A DNA stretch of 64,000 nucleotides from an uncultured cyanobacterium (GCA_963718615.1 OY970368.1:2880001-2944000), one strand, 5' to 3'; positions 19,990 to 30,784 are shown, counted from the stretch's first letter. The notes: generated from the letters alone by a model not told the origin. A program made the numbers and translations.

Positions 19990-20832
19990 ATGAGCCACAT
20001 CACCCTCCCAGCTTCCCCCCAGCGATCGCAGCTCCAGCTCGACTGGCCTTCTCTATTGTTTTTTATAGCGTTCCACACCCTGGCGCTGTTGTCTGTATTC
20101 TGTTTTTCTTGGTCGGCGCTGGGCGTGATGGTCTTGCTCCACTGGCTGTTTGGCAGTATTGGCATTTGCTTGGGCTATCACCGCTTGCTTTCGCACCGCA
20201 GTTTGCAGGTGCCGCGCTGGTTGGAGTATGTTCTCGCCACGATCGGGGCCATGGCGCTGCAAGGGGGTCCAATTTTTTGGGTGGGTGGCCATCGTCAACA
20301 CCATGCGTTTACAGAGGATTTGGAAAAAGATCCCTATTCTGCCCGTAAAGGATTCTGGTGGAGCCATTTTCTCTGGTTGCTCTACCATCAAGAACCGTTC
20401 TTTGATCGGGAGACCTACTTCAAATACGCACCGGATCTGGCTCGCGATCGCTACTATCAATGGCTCGATCGCAACTTTCTCCTCCTGCAAGTGCCGGTTG
20501 CAATTGTGCTTTATGGGATTGGCGGATGGTCCTTCGTCATCTACGGTTTATTCCTGCGGGCGGTGTTGCTCTGGCATTCTACTTGGTTGATTAATTCTGC
20601 CTCCCATATGTATGGTTACCGCACCCATGAGTGTAATGATTCGTCCCGAAATCTTTGGTGGGCGGCGATCTTGACCTATGGCGAAGGTTGGCACAACAAC
20701 CACCATGCTTATCCGAAGGTGGCAAAGGCCGGTTGGAAATGGTGGGAAGTGGATGTGACCTGGTGGGCGATTAAGGTTTTGGAAACAGTGGGTTTGGCGA
20801 AACGCGTGATCCTCCCGCCGACGCTTTCCTAG
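19990..20832 (+). CDS. desC: Delta-9 acyl-lipid desaturase
   Basis: His boxes HRLLSH, HRQHH, HNNHH; GEGWHNNHH; ATG 19990. Confidence 0.85.
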   Translation: MSHITLPASPQRSQLQLDWPSLLFFIAFHTLALLSVFCFSWSALGVMVLLHWLFGSIGICLGYHRLLSHRSLQVPRWLEYVLATIGAMALQGGPIFWVGGHRQHHAFTEDLEKDPYSARKGFWWSHFLWLLYHQEPFFDRETYFKYAPDLARDRYYQWLDRNFLLLQVPVAIVLYGIGGWSFVIYGLFLRAVLLWHSTWLINSASHMYGYRTHECNDSSRNLWWAAILTYGEGWHNNHHAYPKVAKAGWKWWEVDVTWWAIKVLETVGLAKRVILPPTLS

Positions 20833-20839
20833 GTGTTTT

Positions 20840-21214
20840 CTAATTCAGAGTTTCAGAGGGACTTTGCTGGGCAGAGTCCCTTTTCTTTGCCTGTACCTCG
20901 GGCGATAATGTCGGCGGAGGCAGTGGCTGAGCATAGTTGATCCGAGCATCATAATGCGCCCGTCCCATCAACTCCAAAAACACTGCCTGCAACGCTAACG
21001 TAACCGATTCTTTAAGCTTCAGCGGGATGACCACTGTTGGTATCTCGTCCTGAATCGAAAAACTGTAAAGCTCTGCCTCAGGCCGCTGCTCACTTCGGCT
21101 GACCACTACAGAGTAATCCTTGATGGTTCCCCCCGCCCAAGGCATGGGTCGATTTGCCCTCAACAAATCAATCTCAACTAGATACGGATCCATACCCGGA
21201 AAGGGAGACGCCAT
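20840..21214 (-). pseudogene. DUF4058-family protein with large in-frame internal deletion
   Basis: N-terminal MASPFPGMDPYL joined directly to VEIDLLR, which normally lies far downstream. Confidence 0.65.
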
Positions 21215-21470
21215 AGGACTAAACGAGCTGAGATAGTTGCTTTTATCATATCGTCTGCCACTGCGATGATTTCACGGCAAGCGCTGCGCCTGGGACCATG
21301 GCGCTTTAGTCAACGCTGAAAAATTTTTGGCCCCCGTTGAATAAAATTTTGGTTTCCAACCCATAAATTCATAGCAAAGGAAACACAGCTAACCGATAAC
21401 ACCAGATGGGTTGTTCCCTTTGCTAGAGCATCTACTAACTAGAGCATCTACCCAGATAAGGAGAACGATC

Positions 21471-22049
21471 ATGACATACATCACTGGTACTTACGGAGCC
21501 GACAGCCTTTTTGGAACCAACAACAACGACACAATCTATGGCTACGGCGGCAATGATTATCTCTACGGCGGCAATGGCAATGATTTCCTCGACAGTGGGA
21601 GCCCGAGCAGCTATTACTACGGCAATGCGACCCTAAGTGGTGGTGCTGGGAATGACACACTCATCGGTGGCAATGGCAATGACCTATTACTCGGTGGCAG
21701 TGGGGATGACACAATTTATGGTGGTGCAGGGAATGACCGCATCGATGGTTATGCAACCTCTGGTGTTGAATATGATACACTCACCGGCGGTACTGGTAGT
21801 GATACCTTTGTCCTGGGTGGTGCTTGGGGAGTGTCTTACGCCGATTGGGGATACGCCACCATCACAGATTGGGATTACACTCAAGACTTCGTTGAATTGG
21901 TGGGGAGTGCTTCTCAATACTCCTTGGGCTACAGCGATTTCAATTCCAATGGGTTCCAAGATACGCAACTTTACTATCAAGGCAATTTGATCGCCGTTTT
22001 CCAAGACACAACCAATGTGAATCTTTATCGTGATGCGATCTTTGTCTAA
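21471..22049 (+). CDS. RTX/hemolysin-type Ca-binding protein
   Basis: Repeated GGxGNDxLx nonapeptides; AAGGAG RBS before ATG 21471. Confidence 0.9.
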   Translation: MTYITGTYGADSLFGTNNNDTIYGYGGNDYLYGGNGNDFLDSGSPSSYYYGNATLSGGAGNDTLIGGNGNDLLLGGSGDDTIYGGAGNDRIDGYATSGVEYDTLTGGTGSDTFVLGGAWGVSYADWGYATITDWDYTQDFVELVGSASQYSLGYSDFNSNGFQDTQLYYQGNLIAVFQDTTNVNLYRDAIFV

Positions 22050-22120
22050 TGCATCTAATGTGCCCTAGCACCTAGACCCCTTAGCCTCCGGAAATGTCCA
22101 AACGCTTTGTCTACAATCCT

Positions 22121-22153
22121 CAGACGCTCCTCCCCCATCGGGTGGGGCGTTTG
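22121..22153. terminator. Hairpin between convergent genes
   Basis: CAGACGCTCC...GGGGCGTTTG stem followed by T-rich sequence. Confidence 0.5.
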
Positions 22154-22163
22154 ATTTGATTTG

Positions 22164-24146
22164 CTAAATAACGCGATCGCTCCCCCCATCAATCGGTACC
22201 TGCGCGCCCGTCGTTTTCGCAAAGGTCTGACCCGCCATCGCCGCCACCATCCGGGCCACTTCTGGAGACGTCACTTCCGTTTTGAGCAGATTACGAGTTT
22301 TGTAAGCCTCTACCGTCAGTCCATAGCGGGCCGCGCGGTTGGCTAGAACGGCTTCGCTCCAGATTCCTGTGTCATAGACACAATCGGGATGGACCATATT
22401 GACCCGAATGCCAAAGGGAGCCAGCTCTAAGGCTGCGATGCGTGCCAGTTGCGTGAGTCCCGCCTTGGCGACGGAATAGGCAGCGGCTCCCGGACCAGGG
22501 GCGAGGACATTGCGGGTGGCGATAATCACGATCGCGGGCTCCAGTCCCTGTTTCAACACCGGAATACAGGCTTGTAGCAGGCGCTGATGACTGGTGAGGT
22601 TGATGGCCAAACTCTGCTCCCAGATATCGGGGGCGATCGCCTCAATCGGTTGGCCATGGGGAAAAATCCCGGCGTTAGACACCAAAATATCGAGGCCCCC
22701 AAACCGGCGAACGGCCTCCGTCACAGCCTGCTGAAGCGCCTGGGTATCGGTGACATCGCCTTGTATGCCCAGGAAATCGGGTTGGTCCATGGCGTTGGTG
22801 ATCTCTGGATTGAGATCCAATCCCACGACGGCAGCCCCCAGGGCGCGCAAATGCACCGCACAGGCTCGCCCAATGCCGCTAGCCGCTCCGGTGACGAGGG
22901 CCACTTTTCCTTGAAATTCCGGCTCAGCTTTGGTCTTTCCCAGCTTGGCCTGTTCCAGTTCCCAATATTCCATGTCGAACAGATCCTGCTCCGGTAAAGC
23001 CGTCCAGCCCCCTAGGGCTTCACCCCCCTGAATGGCGCGCAGGGTGTGTTCCACAATGTCGGTGGTGATCTGAGCCGATTGAAGGGTGCGATCGAAACTC
23101 AGCGTGCCATAACCGGGCCACACCGCCCAGCGAGGGGCTGGATCCAAGCAGGTCAAGGCGTCACCGGATTTGCGGCTACAATTGCGGTCAAAATAGGCCT
23201 GATATTGATCAGCATAGGCGTGAATCTCGCGCTCCGGTGCTTCGCCGAGAATTACGGGAATTGGCTTGGTGCGGATGACATGATCAGGGGTGATGGGGCC
23301 TCGGGTGGCGATCGCCCCAACATTCCCTAGCTTCGAAAAGCCCACCGCCTCAGGGCTCTGATTCAGTTGAGCCAACATCGGTTTGCCCCGCACCTGGGAG
23401 AGGGTTTTGCGGATGGTGGCCAGGGTGACCCAATCAGGGTCGGTGGCAGGGGCCGTTGCGGCAATTCCCATCCCTTCAGCGGCGAGATAAGCTTCGGCTT
23501 GACTGACCCAGTGGATCATCTGGCCATAGGCATCCCGAGCCTCGTTGGCAAAGGTGAAAATGCCGTGGTTCATGAGGATCATGCCGTCGTAGTTAGCCCA
23601 GTCGAGATCGTGGGTCATTTCCCAGATTTTGCGAGCGAGGACGAAACCGGGCATGACGTAGGGGATGAGGAGGAGGCGATCGCCATACAACTCCCGAATC
23701 CGATCTGCTCCATTCGGCGCATTAGTGATGGTCACCACCGCATCCGCATGGGTGTGATCCACATAGGCAAAGGGGATAATAGCGTGCAAAATCGCTTCCA
23801 CGGAGGGGTTGGGGGCGTGGGGGTCGAGCATCGCCGCCCGTTGCTGGGTCACCATGTCGGCATCGCTGAGCTGTTCTCGCTGGGCCAATCGCTGCAACAC
23901 CTTTAGCCGCACCGGGGCAAATCCAGGGGCTTCGATGGTGGCCAGGTCCCAGCCGCTGCCTTTGACGTAGAGAACTTCTTCCGGATCACCAAAAAAATTA
24001 GGGACAGTGGCTTTAACGGAGGTATTACCGCCACCATGGAGGACTAAATCGGGTTCCTGACCCAGGAGGCGTGAACTGTAGACGCGCATGGCCAATGGAT
24101 CGTTGACCCATGTCTGGGCAACCGTGTCATCCCATCGGTTTTTCAT
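22164..24146 (-). CDS. Bifunctional class II aldolase / short-chain dehydrogenase (RhaD/RhaEW-like)
   Basis: LHGGGNTSVK, PSVEAILH, DHTHAD; TGAASGIG, SNAG, YSVAK. Confidence 0.9.
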   Translation of the reverse strand: MKNRWDDTVAQTWVNDPLAMRVYSSRLLGQEPDLVLHGGGNTSVKATVPNFFGDPEEVLYVKGSGWDLATIEAPGFAPVRLKVLQRLAQREQLSDADMVTQQRAAMLDPHAPNPSVEAILHAIIPFAYVDHTHADAVVTITNAPNGADRIRELYGDRLLLIPYVMPGFVLARKIWEMTHDLDWANYDGMILMNHGIFTFANEARDAYGQMIHWVSQAEAYLAAEGMGIAATAPATDPDWVTLATIRKTLSQVRGKPMLAQLNQSPEAVGFSKLGNVGAIATRGPITPDHVIRTKPIPVILGEAPEREIHAYADQYQAYFDRNCSRKSGDALTCLDPAPRWAVWPGYGTLSFDRTLQSAQITTDIVEHTLRAIQGGEALGGWTALPEQDLFDMEYWELEQAKLGKTKAEPEFQGKVALVTGAASGIGRACAVHLRALGAAVVGLDLNPEITNAMDQPDFLGIQGDVTDTQALQQAVTEAVRRFGGLDILVSNAGIFPHGQPIEAIAPDIWEQSLAINLTSHQRLLQACIPVLKQGLEPAIVIIATRNVLAPGPGAAAYSVAKAGLTQLARIAALELAPFGIRVNMVHPDCVYDTGIWSEAVLANRAARYGLTVEAYKTRNLLKTEVTSPEVARMVAAMAGQTFAKTTGAQVPIDGGSDRVI

Positions 24147-24193
24147 GGTTGTCTCCCTCCTGTTATGAATGCTCAAATATTAATGTTCAACTA

Positions 24194-24853
24194 TTAATGC
24201 TCGAATACGTTGCCAAACTGCTGCAAATCCAGCTCCACAATCGTCGGTAAACAGGCAAAACAGTGCTGCGCCAACGTCCAGCGCTCCTCCCGCTCTAGCA
24301 TTTGGGTTAGGGTTTGACAGACCTCGATCAAATAGCGCACATCATTGGCCGCATAGGCTAACTGCTCCTGGGTCAAGGCCATGACGTTGCCCCAGTCGGA
24401 GCATTGGGAAGATTTGTCGAGTTCTACCCCAACCAACTCCTGCACCACTGCCTTGAGGCCATGGCTGCTGGTATAGGTGCGGGCTAATTTACTGGCAATT
24501 TTGGTGCAAAAGACCGGGCTAACCGTAATGTCGAGATGATATTTGAGGGCTGCGATATCAAACCGGGCAAAGTGGAAAATCTTGGTAATTTCTGGGGCTT
24601 CCATCAGCCGTTTGAGATTGGGGGCTGCCGTTTGGCCCCGCTCAATTCGCAGGGCTGAGGCTCGCCCCGATGGGTCGCAGAGCTGGACCAAGCATAGGCG
24701 ATCGCGATGGGGATTGAGTCCCATGGTTTCGGTGTCCACGGCGATCGCCTTGGCCTGGAGATAGTGAGCTAACAGGGGGTCGGAGAGATCGCGATCGCAA
24801 AGCTCAAATTTTTCCAAAGCCATATCTTCCAAAGCCATATCTTCCAAAACCAT
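24194..24853 (-). CDS. rnd: Ribonuclease D-like 3'-5' exonuclease
   Basis: AVDTETMGL, FHFARFD, YAANDV; start ambiguous because of a 15-bp repeat. Confidence 0.8.
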   Translation of the reverse strand: MVLEDMALEDMALEKFELCDRDLSDPLLAHYLQAKAIAVDTETMGLNPHRDRLCLVQLCDPSGRASALRIERGQTAAPNLKRLMEAPEITKIFHFARFDIAALKYHLDITVSPVFCTKIASKLARTYTSSHGLKAVVQELVGVELDKSSQCSDWGNVMALTQEQLAYAANDVRYLIEVCQTLTQMLEREERWTLAQHCFACLPTIVELDLQQFGNVFEH

Positions 24854-24891
24854 GGCACTAGTCTAGAACAGCGTTCAGGGCAGTCTTTCCA

Positions 24892-25863
24892 TCATAGGGG
24901 TTGATGCTCCTGCCGGAGGCGAATGATCTGCTCGGCTTGAGCCCGTTGGTGCACTGCACGGACGTAGGTATTGATATTGTGGTTTTCCACCGCAGACAGA
25001 TCCCAGTCAAACAAGTCACTCAGAGTCACCTTAAAACCATCTAGAAGTCGTGACCCAGCGGAGGAGCGTAGCTGCAGCTGTCCTTTGCCATTGAAGTAAT
25101 AAAGCTGACCCACATGGGCATAGGATAACCAGCGCGGCGGTAGGCTGGGAATTGGATCGTTCTTGTTAATAATACGAAGGGTTCGGAAGCCAAAATGGGT
25201 ATTAAAACAACGGGCAAATTGGCGATCGCCCACCCGAGGAGAGCCAAAGGTATAGAGACCGTTTAACTGCTCATCCTGTTCGTAAAAATGCGCTGCTGTC
25301 AGTGTTGCCAAGGCTCCGCCTAAACTATGCCCCGTGAACCAAACCGCCGGATGATGACCTCGCCACCGGGCTTGGGCTTTGAGGCAGCAAATACTGAGCC
25401 GAATATCTTCCCAAGTTTGGCCCAGGATTTGGAGAAAACCTTCGTGGGTTTTTCCCCTCAAGGGGCCTTGCACTAAGTCCAAATTGAGGTTTTTGATCCA
25501 ATCCTGGGGATCGTCTGAGCCTCGAAAGGCCACAATAATAGCTTGATCATGGGCCAATAAAATGGCCTCGGTACAGCCCATGGGAAAGACTTCTAGGGTC
25601 GTGAAGCCCCAGCTCTTGAGGGCGATGGATTGAATGACCCGTGGGGAGCAGTAGGTGAGTTCTGCAATTTTCGCGAGGGCCAAGGCTGTTTCGGACTGAT
25701 ACTGTCGACTCTGACAATGAAATTTGAAGGTGCTATGGGGAAAGGGATTGGAATAGAAATGATTTAAGTCACAAGCTGTCGCCGATGAGGTTGCGGTTGC
25801 GGCTGCTGTTGAACGGGTTGAACGAGTTGTTGAAATTAGAAAATTGCCCATTGAATTGCCCAT
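24892..25863 (-). CDS. Lipase class 3
   Basis: VAFRGS, HEGF, TGHSLGGALA, YTFGSPRVG. Confidence 0.9.
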   Translation of the reverse strand: MGNSMGNFLISTTRSTRSTAAATATSSATACDLNHFYSNPFPHSTFKFHCQSRQYQSETALALAKIAELTYCSPRVIQSIALKSWGFTTLEVFPMGCTEAILLAHDQAIIVAFRGSDDPQDWIKNLNLDLVQGPLRGKTHEGFLQILGQTWEDIRLSICCLKAQARWRGHHPAVWFTGHSLGGALATLTAAHFYEQDEQLNGLYTFGSPRVGDRQFARCFNTHFGFRTLRIINKNDPIPSLPPRWLSYAHVGQLYYFNGKGQLQLRSSAGSRLLDGFKVTLSDLFDWDLSAVENHNINTYVRAVHQRAQAEQIIRLRQEHQPL

Positions 25864-26000
25864 TGCGCCATCTTGTAAAGCAGGCGCGTCTATTATTAGT
25901 AGCCAATTTCTAAATCAGCTTCCGTGCTTTTACAGAGGAGTCAACCCTAAATTAAAAAGGGCAGCCCCATCGCCACCCCTAAAACTGACCAAAATTGAGC

Positions 26001-27464
26001 TTACACCTGTTCAAAAGCCCCGCTACGCCTTGGATCACCCATGCCCCTAAGCTCACCCGTGGCCAACCGCTGAACCGTGTGAACCCCACCAAAAAACATG
26101 TTGGTGTCAGACCAAGCAAGGGTTGTTTCCCCTGGGTTTACGCAGGCTTGAATTCGCGCATTCACGAAGCCTGGTTCCCAATTTAAACGCCCCTCTTCCC
26201 AATGGAGGCGGGGTGCGCTAACCGCTTCTAGGAGAGGAAGCTGAAAGTCCAAAAGATTACAAAGCACCTGCAAAATGGCCGTGCGAATGCGATTGGACCC
26301 CCCAGAACCGAGCGCCCATACCGGTTGCCCCTCTCGCAGCACTAAGGTCGGAGCCATCATGGATGAAAGCCGCTGATTCGGTTGCCATTGATGAAATCCT
26401 TGGGGATTGAGATCGGCTTCGCCCAGCATATTGTTGAGCATGACGCCGGTACCGGGAACGAGATAACCACAGCCTTCGCCATTGGAAGAGGTGACACTCG
26501 CTGCATTGCCTTCGCGATCGATGACGCTGATATGGGTTGTACTGCCAAGCTTGTTCAGATACCCCTTTTCCCGCGCGAGATTGGTTTGTCGCATAGCCTC
26601 AACCAGCGTGGTCAAATGCTGAGTCGTGCCAAACTGCGGTCCTAAATCCATCTCCGCCAGCAGCTCCAGCGATAGGGCAATCAGGGCACCACCGGCACTG
26701 GGAAGCGGATTGGTAAGCAAGGTATGGCCTCGATACTGAAAGCTGAGGGGCGATCGCTCAATCACCCGATATTGGCTCAAATCCGCCGCCGTCAACCCAC
26801 CTCCTTGGGCCTGACTATCCCGAATCAGTTGTTGCGCAAACTCACCGTGATAAAACCAATCGGGACCGGCTTGACACAACTGGGTTAGGGTTTCTGCTAG
26901 GTGAGGAAGATAGAGGCGATCGCCCATCCCTAACCCCTTTCCCTGGGGTTGATAAATCTCCCGTCCCGCTGCAGTCAGGGCCAAAATGGGCTGGAGAATT
27001 TTGATACAGTAAGCCTGAAAATCATTGAGCTCCACACCGGATTGGGCCAGGGCGATGGCCGGACCAAAGACCACCTCTCGGGGCAAACGACCCAGGCGAT
27101 CGTGGACCTGAAACATGCCGGCGACGGTACCAGGCACCGCGATGGAGCCGAGCCCCACATGAAATTCCTGAACCGCATCCCCAAAGTTAACGTGAATGGG
27201 ATAAAAATCGAGCTGCGAGGCGGGTAAAACCTGGCTGGGGGTCTGTGAGAAAAAGTCAAACAGAACCGGCTCCCCTTGGGCAGGATGGGCCAACAAAAAG
27301 CCGCCCCCTCCAAGGGAGGTGAGCATGGGCTCGGCCACGCAAGCCGCAAGGGTTGCAGCAACCGCCGCATCAAAGGCATTGCCTCCCGCTTCGAGTGCTG
27401 CACGACCGGCGGCAGCAGTGACAGGATGGCCTGTGGCGATCGCACCTTGTGTCATAGTTTTCAA
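26001..27464 (-). CDS. ggt: Gamma-glutamyltransferase
   Basis: GGNAFDAAVA, LGGGGF, TTHISVID, LSSMMAPT. Confidence 0.9.
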   Translation of the reverse strand: MKTMTQGAIATGHPVTAAAGRAALEAGGNAFDAAVAATLAACVAEPMLTSLGGGGFLLAHPAQGEPVLFDFFSQTPSQVLPASQLDFYPIHVNFGDAVQEFHVGLGSIAVPGTVAGMFQVHDRLGRLPREVVFGPAIALAQSGVELNDFQAYCIKILQPILALTAAGREIYQPQGKGLGMGDRLYLPHLAETLTQLCQAGPDWFYHGEFAQQLIRDSQAQGGGLTAADLSQYRVIERSPLSFQYRGHTLLTNPLPSAGGALIALSLELLAEMDLGPQFGTTQHLTTLVEAMRQTNLAREKGYLNKLGSTTHISVIDREGNAASVTSSNGEGCGYLVPGTGVMLNNMLGEADLNPQGFHQWQPNQRLSSMMAPTLVLREGQPVWALGSGGSNRIRTAILQVLCNLLDFQLPLLEAVSAPRLHWEEGRLNWEPGFVNARIQACVNPGETTLAWSDTNMFFGGVHTVQRLATGELRGMGDPRRSGAFEQV

Positions 27465-27597
27465 CTAGAGATCAGTAATATCCGCTGACTAGCACGGTGA
27501 TGAAGTCAGAACAACGTTTCTAGGATACTTTTTTCGACCTAATCTCCGTGGGAGGATCGTCCCACAACAGCTTTCCATCACTTTTTGGCGTTTTCAG

Positions 27598-28083
27598 ATG
27601 ACCACGATTACGGATCTCACCGTTACCACCATCGCGGGTGAAGCACAAGCCCTAGCAGACTATGTTGGGAAAGTCTTGCTGATTGTCAACGTTGCCTCCT
27701 ACTGCGGCTACACCAGCCAGTATCGCGGCTTAGAAAATCTCTATCAAAAGTACAAAGACCAGGGGTTCGAGATTCTGGCTTTTCCCTGCAATGATTTTGG
27801 AGCCCAAGAGCCGGGCAGTAATGAAGAAATTGCCCAGTTTTGTGAGACCCAATACGGCATTAGTTTCCCGATTTTTGATAAGCTGCATGCCAAAGGCCCT
27901 CAACAAGCGCCGCTCTACGCTAGATTAATTGAGTTTGGCCCTGAGGCAGGAGAAGCCGTTGGCTGGAATTTTGAAAAGTTCTTGATTAATAAACAGGGCG
28001 ATGTGATTGGCCGGTACAAAAGCAGTGTGACGCCCGATTCAGGTCAATTACAAGAAGCGATCGAACAGGCCTTGGCCCGGTAG
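27598..28083 (+). CDS. gpx: Glutathione peroxidase
   Basis: NVASYCGYT, FPCNDFGAQEPG, WNFEKFL. Confidence 0.92.
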   Translation: MTTITDLTVTTIAGEAQALADYVGKVLLIVNVASYCGYTSQYRGLENLYQKYKDQGFEILAFPCNDFGAQEPGSNEEIAQFCETQYGISFPIFDKLHAKGPQQAPLYARLIEFGPEAGEAVGWNFEKFLINKQGDVIGRYKSSVTPDSGQLQEAIEQALAR

Positions 28084-28168
28084 CTCCAATGACTGTGGTT
28101 CTTTTGCACAAAATCCTTTTCAAAAAACCCTTTTCAAAAAACTCTTGTTCCAATTTTCATATAAAGAC

Positions 28169-28543
28169 TTAAAAAACCGGCAAAATCGTCTTCAAAAGAT
28201 TCAAAAGCTTGAGCTGAAATACAAGGGATTGTAATTCTGAATCAATTTCGAGGGGATGGATTTGGTTGTGTCTTAAAGCCTCTTCGAGCAGCGCGTATGC
28301 TTCCGGTGTCATCAGACTGCCGTCTAGGGGCGATCGCCCCTCCAAAATCATTTCTGTGCGCAATACTTCTTCTGGAACATCTTCCACAACTCCTTTCATG
28401 CCTTCTTCTGCCACTTCCTGAGGCTGGGGCAAGGTCTGGGCGACAGCGGCATTGCACAAAACCATTAGCTCAAAATAAATTATGCAGAAAGCTGCTGAGC
28501 CAAAACCCAGCAGCTTAAGGCCAATAGGTGGGCTAACCCCCAC
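28169..28543 (-). CDS. Conserved hypothetical protein (exported)
   Basis: EDVPEEVLRTEMILEGRSPLDG segment, N-terminal hydrophobic stretch. Confidence 0.65.
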   Translation of the reverse strand: MGVSPPIGLKLLGFGSAAFCIIYFELMVLCNAAVAQTLPQPQEVAEEGMKGVVEDVPEEVLRTEMILEGRSPLDGSLMTPEAYALLEEALRHNQIHPLEIDSELQSLVFQLKLLNLLKTILPVF

Positions 28544-28548
28544 GATGA

Positions 28549-28692
28549 CTAGGGCGTCGCTGCGGGGGGAGTTTCCTCAGCCGGAGGTGCGTCAGGAGCG
28601 GTGCTAGGGCTACTTCCACAGGCAACCACCGTGGTCGAGAACAGTGCTCCCAGACCTAACAGCAGCAGGGCACGAACGAGCTTCTGAGACAT
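28549..28692 (-). CDS. Small Pro-rich lipoprotein
   Basis: MSQKLVRALLLLGLGALFSTTVVA-C lipobox; AAGGA RBS. Confidence 0.6.
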   Translation of the reverse strand: MSQKLVRALLLLGLGALFSTTVVACGSSPSTAPDAPPAEETPPAATP

Positions 28693-28814
28693 AGCTTCCT
28701 TATCTTTTGCGGTGAATAAAAATAGGTCCGCTAGGGATACATAATTGCACATCTTTCTAGAAAGCGTTTATTTAAAAAGACTGAACCTAATTCCATACTC
28801 CCCCAACAAACCGA

Positions 28815-29576
28815 TCACCCAATGGCTCCTGCCATGTCGGATCCCTGCTGACGATCCATTTCCGAGAGTCGACCATCTTCCATGTAAAGGATGCGATCGG
28901 CCACATCTAAAATTCGGTTGTCATGGGTGACTAGCAAAACCGCCGATCCCTGCTGGCGAGCCAGACGGCGCATAATTTCAACCACCTCCCGACCGGATTT
29001 TTTGTCGAGCGCTGCTGTGGGTTCGTCGGCCAGCACCACCTTGGGTTGACCCACGAGGGCGCGGGCGATCGCCACCCGCTGTTTTTGTCCCCCCGAAAGC
29101 TGATTGGGATAATTCTTAGCCCAGTCCCGCAGCCCAACGGCCTCTAGCATATCCAGGGAGCGCAGCTTTTTCTCCTTCGCAGTCAAATTGGGCTGAAGGT
29201 CCAGGGTCATCTGCACGTTCTGACAGGCCGTGAGCGCATTCAACAAGTTGTGGGCCTGGAAAATATAGCCAATATTGCGCCGCAGTTTGACCAACTGCCC
29301 TTGGCGGGCTTGGTAGAGCTCCTCACCCAGCAGCTTGAGACTGCCTTCATGGGTGGAGCGCAGCGCCCCAATCAGCGTCAGCAGGGTGGTTTTTCCCGAG
29401 CCAGAAGGCCCCATCAAAATGACAACTTCTCCGGGTTCTACCTTCGCTGTGACATCAAACAGTACCTGTTTGCGCAAGCGACCACTGCCAAAGTAATGAT
29501 TGACATGGTTAATGGCAATAATGGGTTCTGGGGTCGCGTTCAGCATGGGATCAGCAGTTGATGCGTACATAGTCAC
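28815..29576 (-). CDS. devA: DevA-family ABC exporter ATPase
   Basis: GPSGSGKT, LSGGQKQR, LADEPT; devBCA gene order. Confidence 0.85.
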   Translation of the reverse strand: MTMYASTADPMLNATPEPIIAINHVNHYFGSGRLRKQVLFDVTAKVEPGEVVILMGPSGSGKTTLLTLIGALRSTHEGSLKLLGEELYQARQGQLVKLRRNIGYIFQAHNLLNALTACQNVQMTLDLQPNLTAKEKKLRSLDMLEAVGLRDWAKNYPNQLSGGQKQRVAIARALVGQPKVVLADEPTAALDKKSGREVVEIMRRLARQQGSAVLLVTHDNRILDVADRILYMEDGRLSEMDRQQGSDMAGAIG

Positions 29577-29629
29577 TAATCATGGTTGCTCAAATCATGG
29601 TTACTCATCATATTTACTAATCAAAGTTG

Positions 29630-30784
29630 CTAGAAAATATCAGCCGGATCAGCCTCTTGAACCTTACGGACGGCGATCGCCCCCGACACCACACACATCA
29701 CTACAGTCAAACAAAACACAATAACGCCTCGGGTGGGGGTCATATAGATGGGCAAGGCAGTGGCGTTATAGGTCATCTTGTAGAGTCCAATCCCCAGAAA
29801 GAAAGCCGGAACATAGCCAATCACCGCTAGAATCACTGCCTCTTGAAAAACCACCGAGAGCAAATAGCGATTGCGATATCCCATCGCCTTGAGCGTCGCA
29901 TATTCCGCCATGTGGTCGGCAACGTCGGTATAGAGGATCTGATAGACAATGATGCAGCCAACGACCCAGCCAATCATCGCTCCCAGGTTGAAAATAAAAC
30001 CAATGGCGGTGCTACTTTGCCAATAGTGACGCTCAAAGGCGACAAACTCTTCCTTGGAAAACACCTTAACGTCTTGGCTCGGCCCAGCAATCTCCGTGCG
30101 AATCGTTTCGAGCACCGCCTCCAGATTGGCTCCTGGCTCCAGCCGAATCAGGCCCACTTCAATTTTGCCTAAATCGCGATCAAAAATGCGTTGAAAATTC
30201 AAATCACTGGTGATGACATTGCCATCGGCCCCAAAGGATGCACCGAGGGCAAACAAGCCGCCCACAGTAATGCGCCGGGAATTGAGCTCCGTGACAACAG
30301 GAGCCCCGGAATCGTACAGCGTGGCGACCGGACCGAATTCATCCCGAGAGTCACGGTCGAACAAAACCACATCTGCCTTTTTAATCGGCTCTAAATCCGG
30401 CAGCATCGCCGCTGGAAAGACTCGTTCCGTCGGTTCAAACCCCATGACAAAGATGCCGCGAGTGCCCTGGGCGTCAGGATCCTTCCACAGACCAAAGTTC
30501 ATGTAAATCGGGGTCACTGAAGCGACTCCCTCTACCCCCTCAGCCTGGAAGAGCCGACGACGACTAAAGCTATCCATCGCAATCAACGAGGAGGACTGGG
30601 GACTCACCAGAAAAACATCCCCTTCAAAAGCCTGGTGAATCCGCACCGCACTTTCAAACAAGGCATCGCGAAATCCGAGCTGGATCAACATCAAAATCAC
30701 GGCAAAGCCAATCCCCGCCAACGCCACCAAAAGGCGGATTCGTTCGCGGATGAGCTGAAGCCAAGCGAGAGGAATCGCAAACAT
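29630..30784 (-). CDS. devC: DevC ABC exporter permease
   Basis: IPLAWLQL, YQILYTDVADH, EYATLKAMGY, ADPADIF. Confidence 0.9.
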   Translation of the reverse strand: MFAIPLAWLQLIRERIRLLVALAGIGFAVILMLIQLGFRDALFESAVRIHQAFEGDVFLVSPQSSSLIAMDSFSRRRLFQAEGVEGVASVTPIYMNFGLWKDPDAQGTRGIFVMGFEPTERVFPAAMLPDLEPIKKADVVLFDRDSRDEFGPVATLYDSGAPVVTELNSRRITVGGLFALGASFGADGNVITSDLNFQRIFDRDLGKIEVGLIRLEPGANLEAVLETIRTEIAGPSQDVKVFSKEEFVAFERHYWQSSTAIGFIFNLGAMIGWVVGCIIVYQILYTDVADHMAEYATLKAMGYRNRYLLSVVFQEAVILAVIGYVPAFFLGIGLYKMTYNATALPIYMTPTRGVIVFCLTVVMCVVSGAIAVRKVQEADPADIF

